A stretch of 64,000 nt of DNA, taken from contig JBLNBA010000004.1 of the NCBI GenBank assembly GCA_050259635.1, positions 203,005 through 267,004 of the forward strand, written 5' to 3'. The DNA comes from Bacillota bacterium (GTDB taxonomy: Bacteria > Patescibacteriota > Patescibacteriia > Patescibacteriales > UBA12465). The position numbers were made by a program, and so were the translations under genes. Positions 1 to 9,929 of this stretch are shown here, piece after piece (position 1 is the first letter of the stretch; each line of letters opens with the position of its first letter). Under the pieces are notes generated by a model that was not told where the DNA came from, ran no database searches, and saw only the letters and a program-made list of their open reading frames with translations.

Positions 1-37
1 TAGATTTAGTCTATACCCATATTATACCAGAGGAATA

Positions 38-502
38 TCAGTAATGGTATTCCTTCCCGGCAGCGATAGATAACCCGCGATAAATTTGCTCGAATAAGAT
101 GACGCGTGCCAACTCATGCGGAAAAGTGAGAGCGGATAAAGACAGCAAGCGATAGCTCTTGGCGAATTCCTTGTCCCATCCCAGCGCCCCGCCAAGGGCT
201 AAGACCAATTCCCCGCCGTCATGCCGCTGGAGGAAAGAAGAAAAGCCGAGAGAATCATATTGTTTCCCTCCCTCGGCTAACAAGTATATCGAGTCCTTCG
301 GAAAGTTGTGCAAAACCTTCCCGATCGCTTCATTCTCAAGCTTTTTAGCTCTTTCCTTATCTCCTCTCCCGAAAGGAACGGGTGCCGCTTCTATCACTTC
401 CAAACGCGCGAAAGGAGCGATGCGCTTTTCGTATTCAAGAGCGAGAGCACGAAATTCCTGGTTTTTTAGGCCGCCAACCGCGACGATGCTTAGCTTGATC
501 AT
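38..502 (-). CDS. rlmH: 23S rRNA (pseudouridine1915-N3)-methyltransferase RlmH (SPOUT family)
   Basis: 155 aa counted from the internal ATG (MIKLSIVAVGG...). The length and the C-terminal GGALGW...LSLSALTFPHELARVILFEQIYRG block are typical of RlmH. The track ORF's first 8 codons are probably upstream read-through. Confidence 0.85.
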   Translation of the reverse strand: MIKLSIVAVGGLKNQEFRALALEYEKRIAPFARLEVIEAAPVPFGRGDKERAKKLENEAIGKVLHNFPKDSIYLLAEGGKQYDSLGFSSFLQRHDGGELVLALGGALGWDKEFAKSYRLLSLSALTFPHELARVILFEQIYRGLSIAAGKEYHY

Positions 503-645
503 AGTTATGCACTTAATGATGCTCAAATATATATTCAGGTCAAGACCTCGACCTTGTTTGACAGAAGCATTATTTTGTATTTAAATAGCATTGCACTTTA
601 AAAAGGTAAATCAAGTAACAATAAATCAACCAATATCGTCGTATC

Positions 646-936
646 ATGAAAAAACCGTTAGATTACAGGACTATTTGCGATGAGTTCTCAAAGATTGAAA
701 CCTTCCTAGGCCAAGAGCCGGATGAAGACCGCTGTCAGGAAGCCCTGATGGGTTTGGAAAAAATGTCCGGAAAAGTTAAGAAGCAAGGGGATATTTCAAT
801 CGCCGACGACTTCCAATCTCTCTGGTTAGAACTATCCAGGAAGATCAAAGACCGAGCAGACTGCAAAACCTTCTTGGATTCCAAAAGAGAGATCGAGAGC
901 AACCTCAACGCTCTCCTCGAACCGGATTTAGCTTGA
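646..936 (+). CDS. hypothetical protein (96 aa, soluble, acidic)
   Basis: Clean ORF followed directly by a hairpin plus T-run terminator. No recognisable motif. Confidence 0.5.
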   Translation: MKKPLDYRTICDEFSKIETFLGQEPDEDRCQEALMGLEKMSGKVKKQGDISIADDFQSLWLELSRKIKDRADCKTFLDSKREIESNLNALLEPDLA

Positions 937-943
937 ACTACTC

Positions 944-972
944 GCCTCCGATAAAAACCGGAGGCTTTTTTA
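944..972 (+). terminator. intrinsic terminator
   Basis: Stem gcctccg (944-950) pairs with cggaggc (959-965), followed by a T6 run. Confidence 0.7.
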
Positions 973-974
973 TT

Positions 975-1206
975 GTAACAATATTCCTTTGGTTTCGTAT
1001 ACTATAGCGTAATAACTATATGGACAACCGTTGGCAACAGATGGATAAGCACCTCAGCCCGATCACTATCGATCGCGGCTGTTTTGCCGTATCCCACTTC
1101 CGTAGCCGACCGCTGCCCCATATGTCTACGCTTGGATAAGGCGGAATAGACAGATAGCAGAGAAAATAGCGTCTCGGCCCTACGGAATCAGGGTCGAGAT
1201 TTTTTA
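975..1206 (+). promoter_or_regulatory. candidate structured 5' leader / attenuator (or small RNA) upstream of the MFS transporter gene
   Basis: GTAACA-N17-TATACT promoter-like site at 975-1003. About 170 nt of non-coding sequence follows. It ends in a 9-bp hairpin (ctcggccct 1173-1181 / agggtcgag 1190-1198, one G-U pair) plus a T6 run, 36 nt before the MFS ATG. Confidence 0.4.
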
Positions 1207-1241
1207 TATAACCCATTTCATCATCTAAAACCCACCGCCCT

Positions 1242-2414
1242 ATGAAAACACCAACCATCCGTTCTTTCACAATCCTGTCATTCATGATCAAGCTGGCTCC
1301 AGCCTTTTTTGCTACCACCTACCAGCTCTTCCTTTTTGAGCATGGTCTGGATATCTTCGCGATGAGCGCCATTAACGCCGCATATATGATTGCTACCTTC
1401 ATCCTGGAAATCCCCACCGGCGCTTTCGCAGATAGCTTTGGACGGCGCGCCTCCACTTCTGTCGGCTGTCTCATTCTAGGCTTATCCTTCCTTGTCTATT
1501 TCCTAAGCGCTGGCCTGATGGGTTTCATCTTGGCGGAAATAATCGGGGCCTTAGGCATGACGCTCATATCGGGAGCGGCAGAAGCCTGGGCCGTGGATGC
1601 GCTCGCAAGAGAAGGAGGCCGTCCTTTAGATCTCTTTCGTCAGGAAGAAAAGGCTAGGCAAGCCGGCGTGATCGTCGGCAGCCTTTCCGGAGCCTTGGTC
1701 GGCTCCCTGGATCTCAGCTTACCCTGGCTCCTCTCCGGTATCGGAATGATCGGTGCCGCCATCATCGCTTGGCGCCTCATGCCGGAACCGGGCTTCGCCA
1801 GGAAACAGCTATCTTTCAATCTCCAGCCCTTAATATCGACCGCCAAAGAAAGCTGGCGGGAAGGCCGGTCTAACCCCTCTTTCCTGCGCTTAACCGCGAT
1901 GAGCGCGATTTTTGCGGTAAGCGTCCAGTCCCTGAATATGCAGTGGACTCTTAGCTTCAAAAACGGCTTCCAGTTACCTGTTTGGTCCTTAGGACTCATC
2001 TTTGTCGGTATATCGCTTGCCACCGCCTTAGGGGCCCGTTTTGCCCCTTTGGCGGCTAGTAAAGGAAGGCATGACGGCCAGGTTCTCTCGTATGCCTTCG
2101 GACTGGCCGGAATAGCCATGCTCCTAAGCGGTCTCGTCCGCAACCTCCTGCCCGCCCTCACCTTTTTCCTTCTCCACGAATCCGGCCAAGGCTTATTCTC
2201 GCCGCTCAAGAAGGAGATGATAAACCGCCGGGTAGACAGCCACAATCGGGCAACCATGCTGTCCTTAGAATCGATGGGCGCGCATGCCGGCGCCTTCGTC
2301 GGACTCATCGGCGGCGGCTGGATAGCAGAAAGCTTGTCCATCAGCGCCGCTTGGTCCGGCTCCGGCCTCCTGCTCCTCGTTCTCACTCCCCTGCTCTGGA
2401 AAAAGAGCATCTAA
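1242..2414 (+). CDS. MFS transporter
   Basis: 390 aa with about 12 hydrophobic segments and an MFS-like loop motif (ADSFGRR) after TM2. Confidence 0.8.
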   Translation: MKTPTIRSFTILSFMIKLAPAFFATTYQLFLFEHGLDIFAMSAINAAYMIATFILEIPTGAFADSFGRRASTSVGCLILGLSFLVYFLSAGLMGFILAEIIGALGMTLISGAAEAWAVDALAREGGRPLDLFRQEEKARQAGVIVGSLSGALVGSLDLSLPWLLSGIGMIGAAIIAWRLMPEPGFARKQLSFNLQPLISTAKESWREGRSNPSFLRLTAMSAIFAVSVQSLNMQWTLSFKNGFQLPVWSLGLIFVGISLATALGARFAPLAASKGRHDGQVLSYAFGLAGIAMLLSGLVRNLLPALTFFLLHESGQGLFSPLKKEMINRRVDSHNRATMLSLESMGAHAGAFVGLIGGGWIAESLSISAAWSGSGLLLLVLTPLLWKKSI

Positions 2415-2461
2415 AAAGAAGCCCCAAAGGCTTCTTTTTCCTAGAACATCACCTCAGATTA

Positions 2462-3262
2462 CTACGCCTTGGCGATAAGATATGCCCCGATATACAGGAC
2501 AAACCCCGCAAAGACGATACTGGCGCCAGCAGGCAGGTTGAAGGTAACTGAAGCGGCAAGGCCGATAAGGACGGACAACCAGGCAAAAGCGCCGGCGCCG
2601 ATCAATGCTCCTTTAAAATTCTTAGCTCCTTGTAAAGAAGCGGCTGCCGGCAGGATGAGCAGTGCGGACACCAGCATCACCCCTACCGCCTTTATGGCCA
2701 CCGCCACCGTGAGGGCGGTGAGCAAAAGCAAAGCATTATTATACCGATCCGCCTTCACTCCCATCGCCCGAGCGGAAACTTCATCGAACGCCAAGACGAA
2801 AAGAGGACGATAGGCGAAAATGATGAAAGCCAAAGCCAGGAGGGTTAAAGCAGCCAGGAAATATAACTCCAGCGAGGAAACAGCCAGAAGGCTGCCGAAT
2901 AGATAGCTGAACAGATCCACGTTAAAGCCACCCGCCAAGCTTGCCACCACCACGCCGCCGGCTACGCCCGCGGCAGACACGATCCCGATGGCGGCATCGC
3001 CATATAGTTTGGACTTCCCGGCCTTGAGCACGAAAAAGGCGGCAACAACCGTCAAAGGGACGGAAATGTAAAAAGGATACACGCCGAGAAGCAAACCCAG
3101 GGCTACCGCTCCAAAACTCACATGCGCCAATCCGTCGCCGATAAGCGAGAGTTTCCGCAGCACCAAAAAGACGCCAAGAACCCCGGCCAAGATCGCGGTT
3201 AGCGATCCCGCAATGAGCGCCCGAACAAGGAAACCGTATTGGAAGAAATCCAGGATATTCAT
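2462..3262 (-). CDS. metal (Zn/Mn) ABC transporter permease, ABC-3 family (ZnuB/TroC/MntB type)
   Basis: 266-aa polytopic membrane protein in an operon with an ATPase and a cluster-9 binding protein. Sequence is typical of the ZnuB family. Confidence 0.85.
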   Translation of the reverse strand: MNILDFFQYGFLVRALIAGSLTAILAGVLGVFLVLRKLSLIGDGLAHVSFGAVALGLLLGVYPFYISVPLTVVAAFFVLKAGKSKLYGDAAIGIVSAAGVAGGVVVASLAGGFNVDLFSYLFGSLLAVSSLELYFLAALTLLALAFIIFAYRPLFVLAFDEVSARAMGVKADRYNNALLLLTALTVAVAIKAVGVMLVSALLILPAAASLQGAKNFKGALIGAGAFAWLSVLIGLAASVTFNLPAGASIVFAGFVLYIGAYLIAKA

Positions 3263-3263
3263 A

Positions 3264-3989
3264 TCAATGGCCGTGCTGATGGCAGATTAGATGCTGGCTG
3301 AAATCGCCGAAATAATCTTTCATCTCCGCGGAATGGCAGAAATCGGAAAACAGTCCGAAAAAAATAAGTTTCTCATCTAAGTATAAAAGCGAGCGGGCAT
3401 AGCGTCCGATATCTGCGGTATCATGGGTAACCATGAGTATCGCCATCTTCTTTTCCAAATTCGCCTTCGCCAATAAAGCAAAGAATTTCTCCCGTACCAC
3501 CGGATCCAAGGCGGTTGTGGGTTCGTCCAGGATCAATAGCTTCGGCTCCCTGATTAAGGCTCGAGCCAAAAGCACCCGCTGCTGCTGTCCGCCCGATAAA
3601 TGGGAAAAGAGTTTTTCTCCTTGCCCCTCCAGATCCAATTCGGTCAGTAATGGCTTAGACTTGGCTCGGGCTTCTTTCCGGGAAGCCAGGCCGCTTTCCA
3701 CCACTTCCAACACGCTCGCCGGAAATAGCGGGTTATGCTGCCTTTCTTGGGGAAGATAAGCAACCTTGTCCCACTGGGTAAAATTCTCAAGCTTTTGTCC
3801 GAATAGCTCCACGCCACCGCGGGCTAAGGGGGCTAAGCCAAGAAGCGCCTTCACTAAGCTAGTCTTTCCGGCGCCATTAGGGCCGGCAAGGCCGATATAA
3901 TCTCCTTCCTCCACGGCAAAAGACACGCCCGAAACGGCCGGGCGTTCAGAATAGGAAACCGTGAGATTGTCTGCCTTGATTATCGACAT
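3264..3989 (-). CDS. metal ABC transporter ATP-binding protein (ZnuC type)
   Basis: Walker A GPNGAGKTS, signature LSGGQQQR, Walker B LLILDEP, His-rich C-terminus (HQHGH). Confidence 0.85.
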   Translation of the reverse strand: MSIIKADNLTVSYSERPAVSGVSFAVEEGDYIGLAGPNGAGKTSLVKALLGLAPLARGGVELFGQKLENFTQWDKVAYLPQERQHNPLFPASVLEVVESGLASRKEARAKSKPLLTELDLEGQGEKLFSHLSGGQQQRVLLARALIREPKLLILDEPTTALDPVVREKFFALLAKANLEKKMAILMVTHDTADIGRYARSLLYLDEKLIFFGLFSDFCHSAEMKDYFGDFSQHLICHQHGH

Positions 3990-4927
3990 TGTAATCCGAT
4001 TCTTAATTCTTCAAGATTCTGCCTCATAATACTCTCATATGTCAAGCCGGAGGCAATCTGGTCCCGACTGGGGCTGTGGGCGGAATTAAGCTGTAAAACT
4101 TGGACGCCCGTATCTTTAGATAGGGCCTGCGCCAGTTTGGGACTATCGGTCACCTCGGAAAAGACATACTTTGAGCCGGTAGAGGACAATAAGCGGCTAA
4201 GTTCCGCCAACCGGACCGGACTGCTTTCGGAATCAGGAGAGAAGCCCTGGGCCGCTTGATAGTCCAAGCCATACTTCGCTGCCAGGTAACCGAAAGCATA
4301 ATGCCCGGAATAGACGAAAGTCTTGGTCCGGCAGCGGGACAAACCCGCCCGGAAGTCCTGGTCCAAGCGATCCAAACGAGAGCGGTAATCTTCCCAGCGA
4401 TTATTATAATAGGCGCGATTCGCCGAATCCACTTCTCCTAAAGCATTAGCCATCCGGCCGGCTGCTTCGGACATGATAGAAGGATCCAGCCAAATATGCG
4501 GATCCAAACCGGACTCTCCGGGCTGTGGATTATTCTCCTTAATCGTGGCCAAGCCTTCTCCCAGAGCACGGCTGGCCGGCGCTTCTTTGCCAAGACTGTT
4601 TAAGATATCTGCCGCCCAAGGCTCCAGATAATCGCCGGTATAGACGAAAAGATCCGCCTCGCCGGTAGTTATCATATCGCCGGGAGTGGGCTCGAAAGAA
4701 TGCGCCTCGACCCCCGGTGGCAACAAGAGCTTCACCTCCACCTTGTCTCCTCCTATTTCTCTCGCGAGATCATACCAAGGATACAGGCTGGATACCACGG
4801 ATATTTTCTTCCCCGGCTGTCCTAAGACATTCGTCGTTCCCTTCTTCTTTAACCAGGCATCCGCCCCCACCCAAGCCACCAAGGCTAAGAGGATGACAGC
4901 CATGAATATGATCACCGATTTTTTCAT
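3980..4927 (-). CDS. metal ABC transporter substrate-binding protein (ZnuA/TroA cluster 9)
   Basis: N-terminal TM/signal segment. DPHIWLDP motif and the overall ZnuA/TroA pattern are present. The stop overlaps the ATPase start. Confidence 0.85.
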   Translation of the reverse strand: MKKSVIIFMAVILLALVAWVGADAWLKKKGTTNVLGQPGKKISVVSSLYPWYDLAREIGGDKVEVKLLLPPGVEAHSFEPTPGDMITTGEADLFVYTGDYLEPWAADILNSLGKEAPASRALGEGLATIKENNPQPGESGLDPHIWLDPSIMSEAAGRMANALGEVDSANRAYYNNRWEDYRSRLDRLDQDFRAGLSRCRTKTFVYSGHYAFGYLAAKYGLDYQAAQGFSPDSESSPVRLAELSRLLSSTGSKYVFSEVTDSPKLAQALSKDTGVQVLQLNSAHSPSRDQIASGLTYESIMRQNLEELRIGLQCR

Positions 4928-4931
4928 ATTA

Positions 4932-6017
4932 TTATTTTATACGAAACAAGATTATTTCCCCCGGAAGAAGAGTGCGGAACAACGGTCCCCAAGTTCCCGT
5001 CCCGGCACTGGTATAGGTCTGCATCCCCTCATACTGCTCGAGGCCATAGGAATAAGGGCCGTAAATCACTCTAAGCAGGAACGATAAAGGGAATATCTGG
5101 CCCCGGTGAGTATGTCCGGAAAGCATAAGCCTAGCCCCCAGCGCCGACGCTTCCGCCTGATCTACAGGCACATGGTTTAAAACGATGCGCGTCGAACTCG
5201 TAGCCTGGAGATTCGCAATATCGCGCCGTATGCCGCTATCTGCCCGGCTAAGGTAATCGAAGCCGACGATTTCCATATCGGCCACGCTCGTAGCGGAATT
5301 TCTTAAAAGGATCAGGTCTCCTTCTTTGGCCAGATTGATCATTTCCTCCTCAGGAAGGTAATAGTCATGGTTACCGGGCGTAAAGATGGCCGGTGCCTTT
5401 ATGTCTGCCAAAGCAGGTGCAAATTCCGACACTTTCCTATCGCTGCCATCCGCCAGGTCGCCGGAAATGAGAACGAGATCAGGATCCAGATCATTCACCT
5501 TGGAGACGATACCTTTTAACCAATAAGGCCGGTAGACCGCCCCGAGATGTAGATCGGACAGCTGGACAAAGGTCTTTCCGGACAATTCGGGCGGCCAACC
5601 CTCCAGCTCGATCGTCTTTAATCCGGGGAAAAAAGCATTGTATACACCCAGAAGGAAAAAAGCTAAGGATATGAAGACGGCCAAACGGGCCGTATTTGTC
5701 CCCAAGCCTGCCTTCTCCCTGGAAAAAGACTTCTTTGCCCAGTCGCCCGCCCGAAAGATCAGCCCGAATATCATCAGTTGCGTAAGTAAGCCGAAAAGCA
5801 AGCCGCTGGCGACGTAGACATAGGCTGCCAGGTCGCTTCCCCTAAAGTTCATCCAGAAGAATGACGCCAGGAAAACCAAAGTCGGAGCGATGATGAATAT
5901 AAGCAGCCGCTTCCGCCGCTTCTCCAGGGACGGCCAAGCAGAAAGGATCAAACGCCAGGCAAAATGATAGCCCAAGGACACGAGGAGAAGATAGGCGATA
6001 AATGAGGATACGATCAT
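4932..6017 (-). CDS. membrane-anchored metallophosphoesterase (calcineurin-like, YkuE/YaeI type)
   Basis: N-terminal TM helices followed by the motifs DLHLG, GDLAD, GNHD and GHTH. Confidence 0.8.
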   Translation of the reverse strand: MIVSSFIAYLLLVSLGYHFAWRLILSAWPSLEKRRKRLLIFIIAPTLVFLASFFWMNFRGSDLAAYVYVASGLLFGLLTQLMIFGLIFRAGDWAKKSFSREKAGLGTNTARLAVFISLAFFLLGVYNAFFPGLKTIELEGWPPELSGKTFVQLSDLHLGAVYRPYWLKGIVSKVNDLDPDLVLISGDLADGSDRKVSEFAPALADIKAPAIFTPGNHDYYLPEEEMINLAKEGDLILLRNSATSVADMEIVGFDYLSRADSGIRRDIANLQATSSTRIVLNHVPVDQAEASALGARLMLSGHTHRGQIFPLSFLLRVIYGPYSYGLEQYEGMQTYTSAGTGTWGPLFRTLLPGEIILFRIK

Positions 6018-6066
6018 AAAATTAAGACAGAGTAATACAATATTAGCAGAAAAAGGGCCTTTTGGG

Positions 6067-6097
6067 AAATAAAAAACGGTTCCTTTTAGAAACCGTT
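6067..6097 (-). terminator. intrinsic terminator after the PhoH-like gene
   Basis: aacggtt (6075-6081) pairs with aaccgtt (6091-6097). On the minus strand a T-rich run follows. Confidence 0.6.
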
Positions 6098-6104
6098 TTA
6101 TCTT

Positions 6105-7586
6105 TCATAAAACTTTATCTGCAAACTCTACGAGTTCGCTACGAATTGTCTGCTCGAAATTCACGATACCCACCATACGGTTGCCTTTCATTTTTGAAAT
6201 TGCATGTGCCAGACCCGAGGATTCGCGGGTTAAGCGCGGATTATCGATCTGCCCGAGGTCACCGGTAAAGATGATTTTCGTGCCTTCTCCGGCCCGGGTA
6301 ATGATCGTCTTGATCTTGTGCCGGGTAAGGTTCTGAGCTTCATCAATGATGATGTTACTGTCGGGGAAAGAGGTTCCTCTGATATAAGCCAACGGCTGTA
6401 TCGATATTCCCTTTTCCTCTAACAATTTTACACCCTCACTTCCGGTGGCAATCGGCATCCTCTGTTTAGGCGCTTCATCATCTTCCTTTTTCTTCCTCTT
6501 CTTAGGCTTCGTTGTATCCGGCGATACCTTCTTCTCTTTCATGAGCAAGGCGAGGTTCTGGAAGATCGGAAGCAGCCAGGGAGAAAACTTATTGGCGATC
6601 TCACCGGGCAACCAGCCCATCTCCTCATCATTGAGTTCGACCATCGGCCGAGAAACGATGATTTGGCTGCACTGTTTGCGATGTTTCAAGCACAGGGCGG
6701 CTGCAAGAGCTAAAAGAGTCTTGCCAGTCCCAGCCCCTCCTTGGAGGAAGATGCACTTCACGTCAGGGTCAAGCAGGAAATGCATGGCGATGATCTGCTG
6801 CCAGTTAGGATGGCCGTTATCGCGCGGCTTAATGCCGGAAACGGAAAATTGATTTTCCAGGAATATCAGCCGGTCCCTTTTACGGATAGCTGCGCATTCA
6901 GGCCTATCGTAATCATCCGCATCGGTATAGATCAAAACCGCTCCGTTGGTAGGGATCTTTTCCTTTTTCTTCAACTCCACATAACGGCTGCCGACATCGT
7001 CAAAGAGGATCTCGCTTTGCTTGGCCTTGAAGGTCGGCAAGGCAAAATCTTCATTCTTCAATTTGGTCTGATCATTCTTGTAAAAATCAACGATCAAGCC
7101 ATTGGCTGACCAGAGCTCATTAGCGCAGATCTGCATGCCGAAATCATTAGTTACCAATTTAATCTTCCCGTAGCCGAAATAAGGGCTGGAGGGACGCTTA
7201 TGGCTGCCGACAATATGGTTCACGCAGGCCAGGACCTTATGGTCCGCTTTATTCTTATCCAGGTTGCGATCGAAAACGGCTTTGCGCTCGATGACGAGTC
7301 CTCCGTCTCCTCTGAGCAACCTTTCATGTATTTTCTTAATGGCGCCTTGCGCCTCCCTTCCTATTTCTTTGGAAGATTTTAAGCCATCCAATTCTTGGAT
7401 TACCTGCCAAGGGATAACTACGATATTGCCTCCTTTCTGTAGGTCTTGTATCGCCCGGTCAGGTGCCTGGATGAGGACGTTCGTGTCCACGATGATAACA
7501 TTTTTCCCCTCTCTCGCTTTTGCTTCCATAAACGATACGGCGGCCGAGGGAACTGCTGTACGCTGCTTTGTTCTAGTCTGATTCAT
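6105..7586 (-). CDS. PIN domain + PhoH-like ATPase (YlaK family)
   Basis: N-terminal PIN-like segment (IIVDTNVLI...) and a C-terminal PhoH P-loop (GGAGTGKT, IIIDEAQN). A Lys/Glu-rich insert lies in between. Confidence 0.85.
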   Translation of the reverse strand: MNQTRTKQRTAVPSAAVSFMEAKAREGKNVIIVDTNVLIQAPDRAIQDLQKGGNIVVIPWQVIQELDGLKSSKEIGREAQGAIKKIHERLLRGDGGLVIERKAVFDRNLDKNKADHKVLACVNHIVGSHKRPSSPYFGYGKIKLVTNDFGMQICANELWSANGLIVDFYKNDQTKLKNEDFALPTFKAKQSEILFDDVGSRYVELKKKEKIPTNGAVLIYTDADDYDRPECAAIRKRDRLIFLENQFSVSGIKPRDNGHPNWQQIIAMHFLLDPDVKCIFLQGGAGTGKTLLALAAALCLKHRKQCSQIIVSRPMVELNDEEMGWLPGEIANKFSPWLLPIFQNLALLMKEKKVSPDTTKPKKRKKKEDDEAPKQRMPIATGSEGVKLLEEKGISIQPLAYIRGTSFPDSNIIIDEAQNLTRHKIKTIITRAGEGTKIIFTGDLGQIDNPRLTRESSGLAHAISKMKGNRMVGIVNFEQTIRSELVEFADKVL

Positions 7587-7629
7587 CCTGTAGATTTTTG
7601 GTGAATTGTTAAGTTGCGATTATACCTAA

Positions 7630-7658
7630 ATCTTAGTTTCTGGAAGGTGGACTGTCAA
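7630..7658 (-). promoter_or_regulatory. sigma70-type promoter (TTGACA-N17-TAAGAT) for the PIN-PhoH gene
   Basis: Exact TTGACA (plus-strand tgtcaa 7653-7658), a 17-nt spacer, then TAAGAT. Confidence 0.45.
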
Positions 7659-7760
7659 GGCGCCGCTATATTTCCCCAGAAGAATGCAAAACTGCCGCGA
7701 TTTACAGAAATTAGAGAGTATACTATAATATAGTATCAGAAACATAAAAACCTATCCGCC

Positions 7761-8285
7761 ATGAAGAAGCTTCTAAAAAACAAGCTCTTCCTGGCCATCG
7801 CCGGCGGGCTTGTCCTGATATTTGCAGGACTCCTGCTGCTGGAATCATCCGGATCGATAACGATCCCGGATATCACTGCGGTACGGTTGTACCGCCATTC
7901 GTTCTTCTCATTTGGGGCACCGGAGTATCTCCATTTGCCCTTTTCCTATTCTCGCCTATGGGACCTTGCCATGGCGCCTGTTTTTATCGGGCTGCTCCTA
8001 TGGTCGATGAAGCACGCTTCTAGCGAAGCTAACCTCCAGGTGTTATTCTTGGAGGCGCTTGTACTAACGACCGCCGCTTACTTCCTAACATCTATCATGA
8101 TTGTTTTAAGCGTCGCCTTGTTATTTACCGTTCTTTGCGGATATTTCTTCGGCGATTGGACTGCCGTTCATATCTCAGTCCTCACCGGCCTCATCGCCGG
8201 GATCGCAGCGTTCGGGCTCCTCTATGGCCTGATCATTGCTATCGCCGCCTTCTTGGCTAACAAAAGCCTGAAGGTCCTTCTCTAA
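7761..8285 (+). CDS. hypothetical integral membrane protein (174 aa)
   Basis: Four to five hydrophobic segments. TTTACA-N17-TATAAT sits upstream. No family recognised. Confidence 0.5.
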   Translation: MKKLLKNKLFLAIAGGLVLIFAGLLLLESSGSITIPDITAVRLYRHSFFSFGAPEYLHLPFSYSRLWDLAMAPVFIGLLLWSMKHASSEANLQVLFLEALVLTTAAYFLTSIMIVLSVALLFTVLCGYFFGDWTAVHISVLTGLIAGIAAFGLLYGLIIAIAAFLANKSLKVLL

Positions 8286-8316
8286 AAAAGACTTGCCCAT
8301 GGGCAAGTCTTTTCTT
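8284..8316. terminator. bidirectional terminator between convergent genes
   Basis: Perfect hairpin gacttgcc/ggcaagtc flanked by A-run and T-run. Confidence 0.7.
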
Positions 8317-8335
8317 CTATCTGAAATATATTTTA

Positions 8336-9793
8336 CTAAGCTAATTTGCTGAGATCCAGCTCTTCGTCTATCCGGATCTGATTTACGAATTCCGGCATAT
8401 GGCTCACCATAATGACCGCGCCTTCATATGAATTGATCGCTTGGGCGATAACCGGCAGATGGCGGAAGTTAATGTGGTTGGTCGGCTCATCCAGGATGAG
8501 TAACCCCGGCTTCATCATGGCCAAGCGGGCGAAGGCAAGCAAGCCTTTCTGTCCCTCGGACAAAGCGGCAACCGGTAAAGCCAACACTTCTCCGGTGAGC
8601 AAAAAACCGGCGGCCAATGAGCGCAGTTCCTGCTCACCCGAGCCTTCCATGAAATCCGCGGCCAGAACTTTATACGCCGTCTGGTCAAAAGGCAAATTTG
8701 AGAAATCCTGGCTATAATAACCCACCTTCACTTTCGGAGAAATGCTCAATCCTTCTTGCGTCCCGGAAACGAGAGCCCGGAGCAGAGTGCTCTTGCCGAT
8801 ACCATTCGGGCCGGTGACCAAGAGCCGGGTACGGCGGGTTAAGGCCTTGCCGACACTACAGAAAATGGGTTCATGGTTTAAAATCACCCGCACCTTATCG
8901 AGGCGGACAATCTCACCGCTCAAATCTTCCTGGACCGGAATTACAAAATCCCTAATCGTCTTATCCTCCCGGCGGACATCTACCATATTCTCTTCCAAAT
9001 CTTCCGTTTCCTCTCTCATCTTCTGGGCGAGCTTGCGCATCTTGCCTCCTTTATGGGCGAAGAAGTTCACCTTCTCCTTGCGATCGATGATCTTCTTTTC
9101 CAACTGGGCATTCTTCTTGATCTCACGTTCGATGCGCCGGCCAATCTCTTCCACGACGGAATAATAATCGCCGACATACATCTCCGTCTGATGGGTGAAG
9201 ACATCCAGATAGATAACTCCTTCGGTAAAGCAATTCAGGAAATCGGCGTCGTGGGAAATGACGAGCACTGTCTTCTCATACATGATGAGGAAGGTAAGCA
9301 AATGATCGATACCTTCCTTATCCAGATTATTCGTCGGCTCATCAAGGAGCAAGATGTCCGGATCCTGGATCAAGGCAAAAGCCAAGAGCAATCGCGCCTG
9401 CTGCCCTCCCGAGAGATCGCCTACGATCCGCTCGAAAGGAGCCTGGAGGTTCACTGCTTCCATCACCTTGCTGATACGGCTCCTAAGATTAGCCGGCCGT
9501 TCGTGGAAAGCGGTCGCAAAATAGTCTTCCATGGTCAGAGCCAAATGTTCTCGAGCCATCGTCTGACGCGCGGCTCCGATCGTTGGATTATCCGTTAAGG
9601 AAACCTTGCCGCTTTTCGGCCGGAACTCTCCCTTGATCAAAGAAAAGATCGTGCTCTTACCGGCGCCATTCTGGCCCATGAGAGTAATTTTTGCTCCCCG
9701 GCGTACGCTGAAATTAGCCTCTTTGAGCACAGGCTTCTTGGGAAGATATTCGAAAGTGACATCGTCGAAACGGAGGATAACTTCTTCTGGCAT
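8336..9793 (-). CDS. ABC-F family ATPase (two ABC cassettes, no TM domain)
   Basis: Two Walker A sites (GQNGAGKST, GPNGIGKST) and two signature/Walker B sets, joined by a charged linker. The start is taken at MPEEVILRF; the 30 upstream codons are probably not translated. Confidence 0.85.
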   Translation of the reverse strand: MPEEVILRFDDVTFEYLPKKPVLKEANFSVRRGAKITLMGQNGAGKSTIFSLIKGEFRPKSGKVSLTDNPTIGAARQTMAREHLALTMEDYFATAFHERPANLRSRISKVMEAVNLQAPFERIVGDLSGGQQARLLLAFALIQDPDILLLDEPTNNLDKEGIDHLLTFLIMYEKTVLVISHDADFLNCFTEGVIYLDVFTHQTEMYVGDYYSVVEEIGRRIEREIKKNAQLEKKIIDRKEKVNFFAHKGGKMRKLAQKMREETEDLEENMVDVRREDKTIRDFVIPVQEDLSGEIVRLDKVRVILNHEPIFCSVGKALTRRTRLLVTGPNGIGKSTLLRALVSGTQEGLSISPKVKVGYYSQDFSNLPFDQTAYKVLAADFMEGSGEQELRSLAAGFLLTGEVLALPVAALSEGQKGLLAFARLAMMKPGLLILDEPTNHINFRHLPVIAQAINSYEGAVIMVSHMPEFVNQIRIDEELDLSKLA

Positions 9794-9929
9794 AATAAAA
9801 AAATCGCTTTTACAAGTAATTGCCCATACGATAGCAAATAATCGAGAAAAAGGCCAGCCCTCATAAAAGAAAGAAGCGGCCAAAGCCGCTTCTGCCCCCT
9901 ATTTGTACTGACGCGCTTTTTAAGTGCGA

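Noticed and set aside
1016-1318. 100-aa minus-strand ORF spanning the MFS leader and MFS start.
   Set aside because: It overlaps the MFS start codon region and the plus-strand terminator, has no RBS or promoter, and has odd composition. It is probably a non-coding shadow ORF.
1640-2410. 256-aa minus-strand ORF.
   Set aside because: It is antisense to the MFS transporter. Its Arg/Pro/Ser-rich translation has no motif.
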